Shown piece by piece: positions 62,178 to 64,000 of a stretch of 64,000 bases of DNA. Source of the DNA: Takakia lepidozioides (Eukaryota; Plantae; Bryophyta). A program made the translations under genes and the position numbers. How positions within the stretch are numbered: position 1 is the first letter of the stretch; every line of letters starts with the position of its first letter. Under the pieces are notes generated by a model. The model was not told the origin of the DNA and did not search any database. It saw only the letters and a list, made by a program, of their open reading frames with translations. Location: contig CM060734.1 of assembly GCA_030704615.1 (NCBI GenBank), positions 22,630,001-22,694,000 of the forward strand, read 5' to 3'.

Positions 62178-63004
62178 GTCGCATTGAACATTAACCTGGG
62201 GTTGCAACTCTAAAATTTAAATTTAAATTTTTTTTTGTATGAAATAGGTAATGGTGCGGTCACGTCCCCGTCGGTACACGGAGGATGATTTCCGGAACGT
62301 TTATGCAGCTGTACAGCCACCCAGCCCGGGTTCGAACAATGGTGTGGTTGACATACCTCCATGAGCACCTCGGCGCCGTAGACTCGATGATGTGCCAATT
62401 GTACCACATGTGCCTGAACAAGCCCCCGGGCATCCCATTTTGCTTCCTTTGCCGCCTCGAGGCCCTAGGCCTCCAAGTCCAGAGCCACGAGGCCCCAATC
62501 GGCCCACATTCGAGGAACCCCTGCCGAAGGAGTGTTGATGCAAGAAGTGTTGGGCACGGACACTACCGGGGTTTCGACCAGTCATGCGTCAGGCACACAT
62601 TGTTGATGACCACTATAAAATAAATGGGCTTGCGGATGCGGCAAGGGTGAGTCTCTAAGAACCCATCATACTCACATTAATACTTTAGGGTTGTTATAGT
62701 GTTTTGTAAATGTGACACAAGTTCAGTTAACTTAAATCTCTTGGGTAGGAACACAAATGGCTAATTATTAAATCATGTAAATGTACGTGCAGCCATGAGT
62801 CTTTGCCCAGGCGCGCAACCTCATTGCATCACAAGCATATGAGATGGGCCTTGCTTTGGAGTTGGAGGTCCATCTTGTGCCGGATGTGACCGTATTTTTC
62901 CCTCAAGAGGAGGTAGATAGAATCCGTGAGGCGAAGGGCTATGGATGGGCATACAACCGGTTTGGTAGCCGGACCAGACCACGGCCACCAGCATCGACAT
63001 CTCG

Positions 63005-63335
63005 ACCTCCTGGCCTTGTATCTGATCCACCACCGGCCGACATTCCTACATGTTCTCCCGAGCTTGTACCTACTCCACTATCTCTGGTTCCATGTCCACC
63101 ATCTGCTCCCCTTCTATCTGATCCACCACGTGCCGATGTTCCCACATCTCCTCCCGGCCTTGTACTTGCTCTACCATCTCCTTTCCTTATACCTGATCCA
63201 CCACTGTCCGACGTTCCCACATCTCATCCCGGCCTTGTATTTGCTTCATCATCTGATCCTGATCCATGTCCACCCTCTCCTCCCTGTGTGCCTGATCCAG
63301 TGGTACTCGACGTTTCCACATCTCTTCCCCTTGTA
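63005..63335 (+). repeat. Degenerate Pro-rich coding-like repeats (PGLV..DPP..DVPT)
   Basis: Recurring ggccttgta / tgatccacca / gacgttcccaca units in ORF 62844-63521. Confidence 0.6.
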
Positions 63336-63511
63336 CTTTCTTCCGCACCTCCAGTTGTAGCTTCTACTCCCCCACCTTCTGTAGCATCCCACCCTCCCCT
63401 CCCGCAGAGCCATGCTGGGACTACAGGACGTCGTGCACCTTGTACTCCCCGGCAATGTAGGGCCCGTCCTGCACTTGAGGTTCATCGGTCCGGGACCAGA
63501 ACGATAGAAGG

Positions 63512-64000
63512 TTGCTCATGAGATCAATCAAGCCCGCTTGTTGGATGACCTCCCTTAGCCCTCCTACTCCTATTCCTGAGAATGAGCCATTCGTTTATTG
63601 GGGTAGGCGCTATTGTGTAAGACCCGCAACTAACCCGGCCATGGGTCATGGGCTCTTTGCGGTGGATGACATCCCAGTTCCCCGTGGAAGAGATCGGATA
63701 GTGGACTTGTTTCCCTATTTTGGTCCCTATTACACCACAGCTGAGTGGGGCACATTGCATGGGGTGGCCCCTTACATACGGCCTTTTGTTCTATGCGTGA
63801 CCAATATTGACGTACGAGAGTGGATATTGAGTCCCTCATAGAGAATTTATTGTGATGGCGACCCCGATGTCTTCGGCAATGTTGCAGGGCTCATCAATAG
63901 TTCCATTGGTGACTCCAGACGAACAATGTACTATGGGATGAGCGACATGATGGGGATAGGAGACTAGTGCCTTCGATATCCACATTTGTCATGACATGTG
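63512..64000 (+). pseudogene. SET-domain-like protein fragment
   Basis: VRPATNPAMGHGLFAVDDI..LFPYFG and, after an in-frame TAG (63839), YCDGDP..GNVAGLINSS resemble the SET GxGLFA, Y.G and A..INHS motifs. Confidence 0.6.

Overview
Repeat-dense eukaryotic DNA, probably from a bryophyte-like land plant (inferred from plant-type captured gene fragments and GT-AG introns), with one 500-N gap and no intact host gene. The core is a three-level nest. (1) An older Ty3/Gypsy element spans ~23741-62177. (2) Its gag is split by a Mutator-like DNA transposon (25518-54593, TSD CTCCCACGG; ~15.3 kb without its insert). (3) That transposon's cargo gene is split by a young copy of the same Gypsy family (35710-49464, TSD GAGA). 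The Gypsy family has four unusual traits: a C5-cytosine methyltransferase between protease and RT, followed by a shared TAG in a readthrough-type context; a PHD finger on the integrase; a self-priming PBS; and circularly permuted (split) LTR ends, A...B-A-B, cut at an internal GACA-NN-TGTC site, which suggests integration from a circular intermediate. The Mutator-like element carries a ParB-like plus beta-class N4C/N6A-methyltransferase-like gene, a ~53-bp-period array of a 22-bp palindrome, and a head-to-head pair of unknown paralogous genes. The flanks hold piggyBac, LINE and gag remnants, a related LTR, a 3.1-kb tandem triplication and a SET-domain pseudogene. Domain calls come from motifs read by eye, not from database searches.
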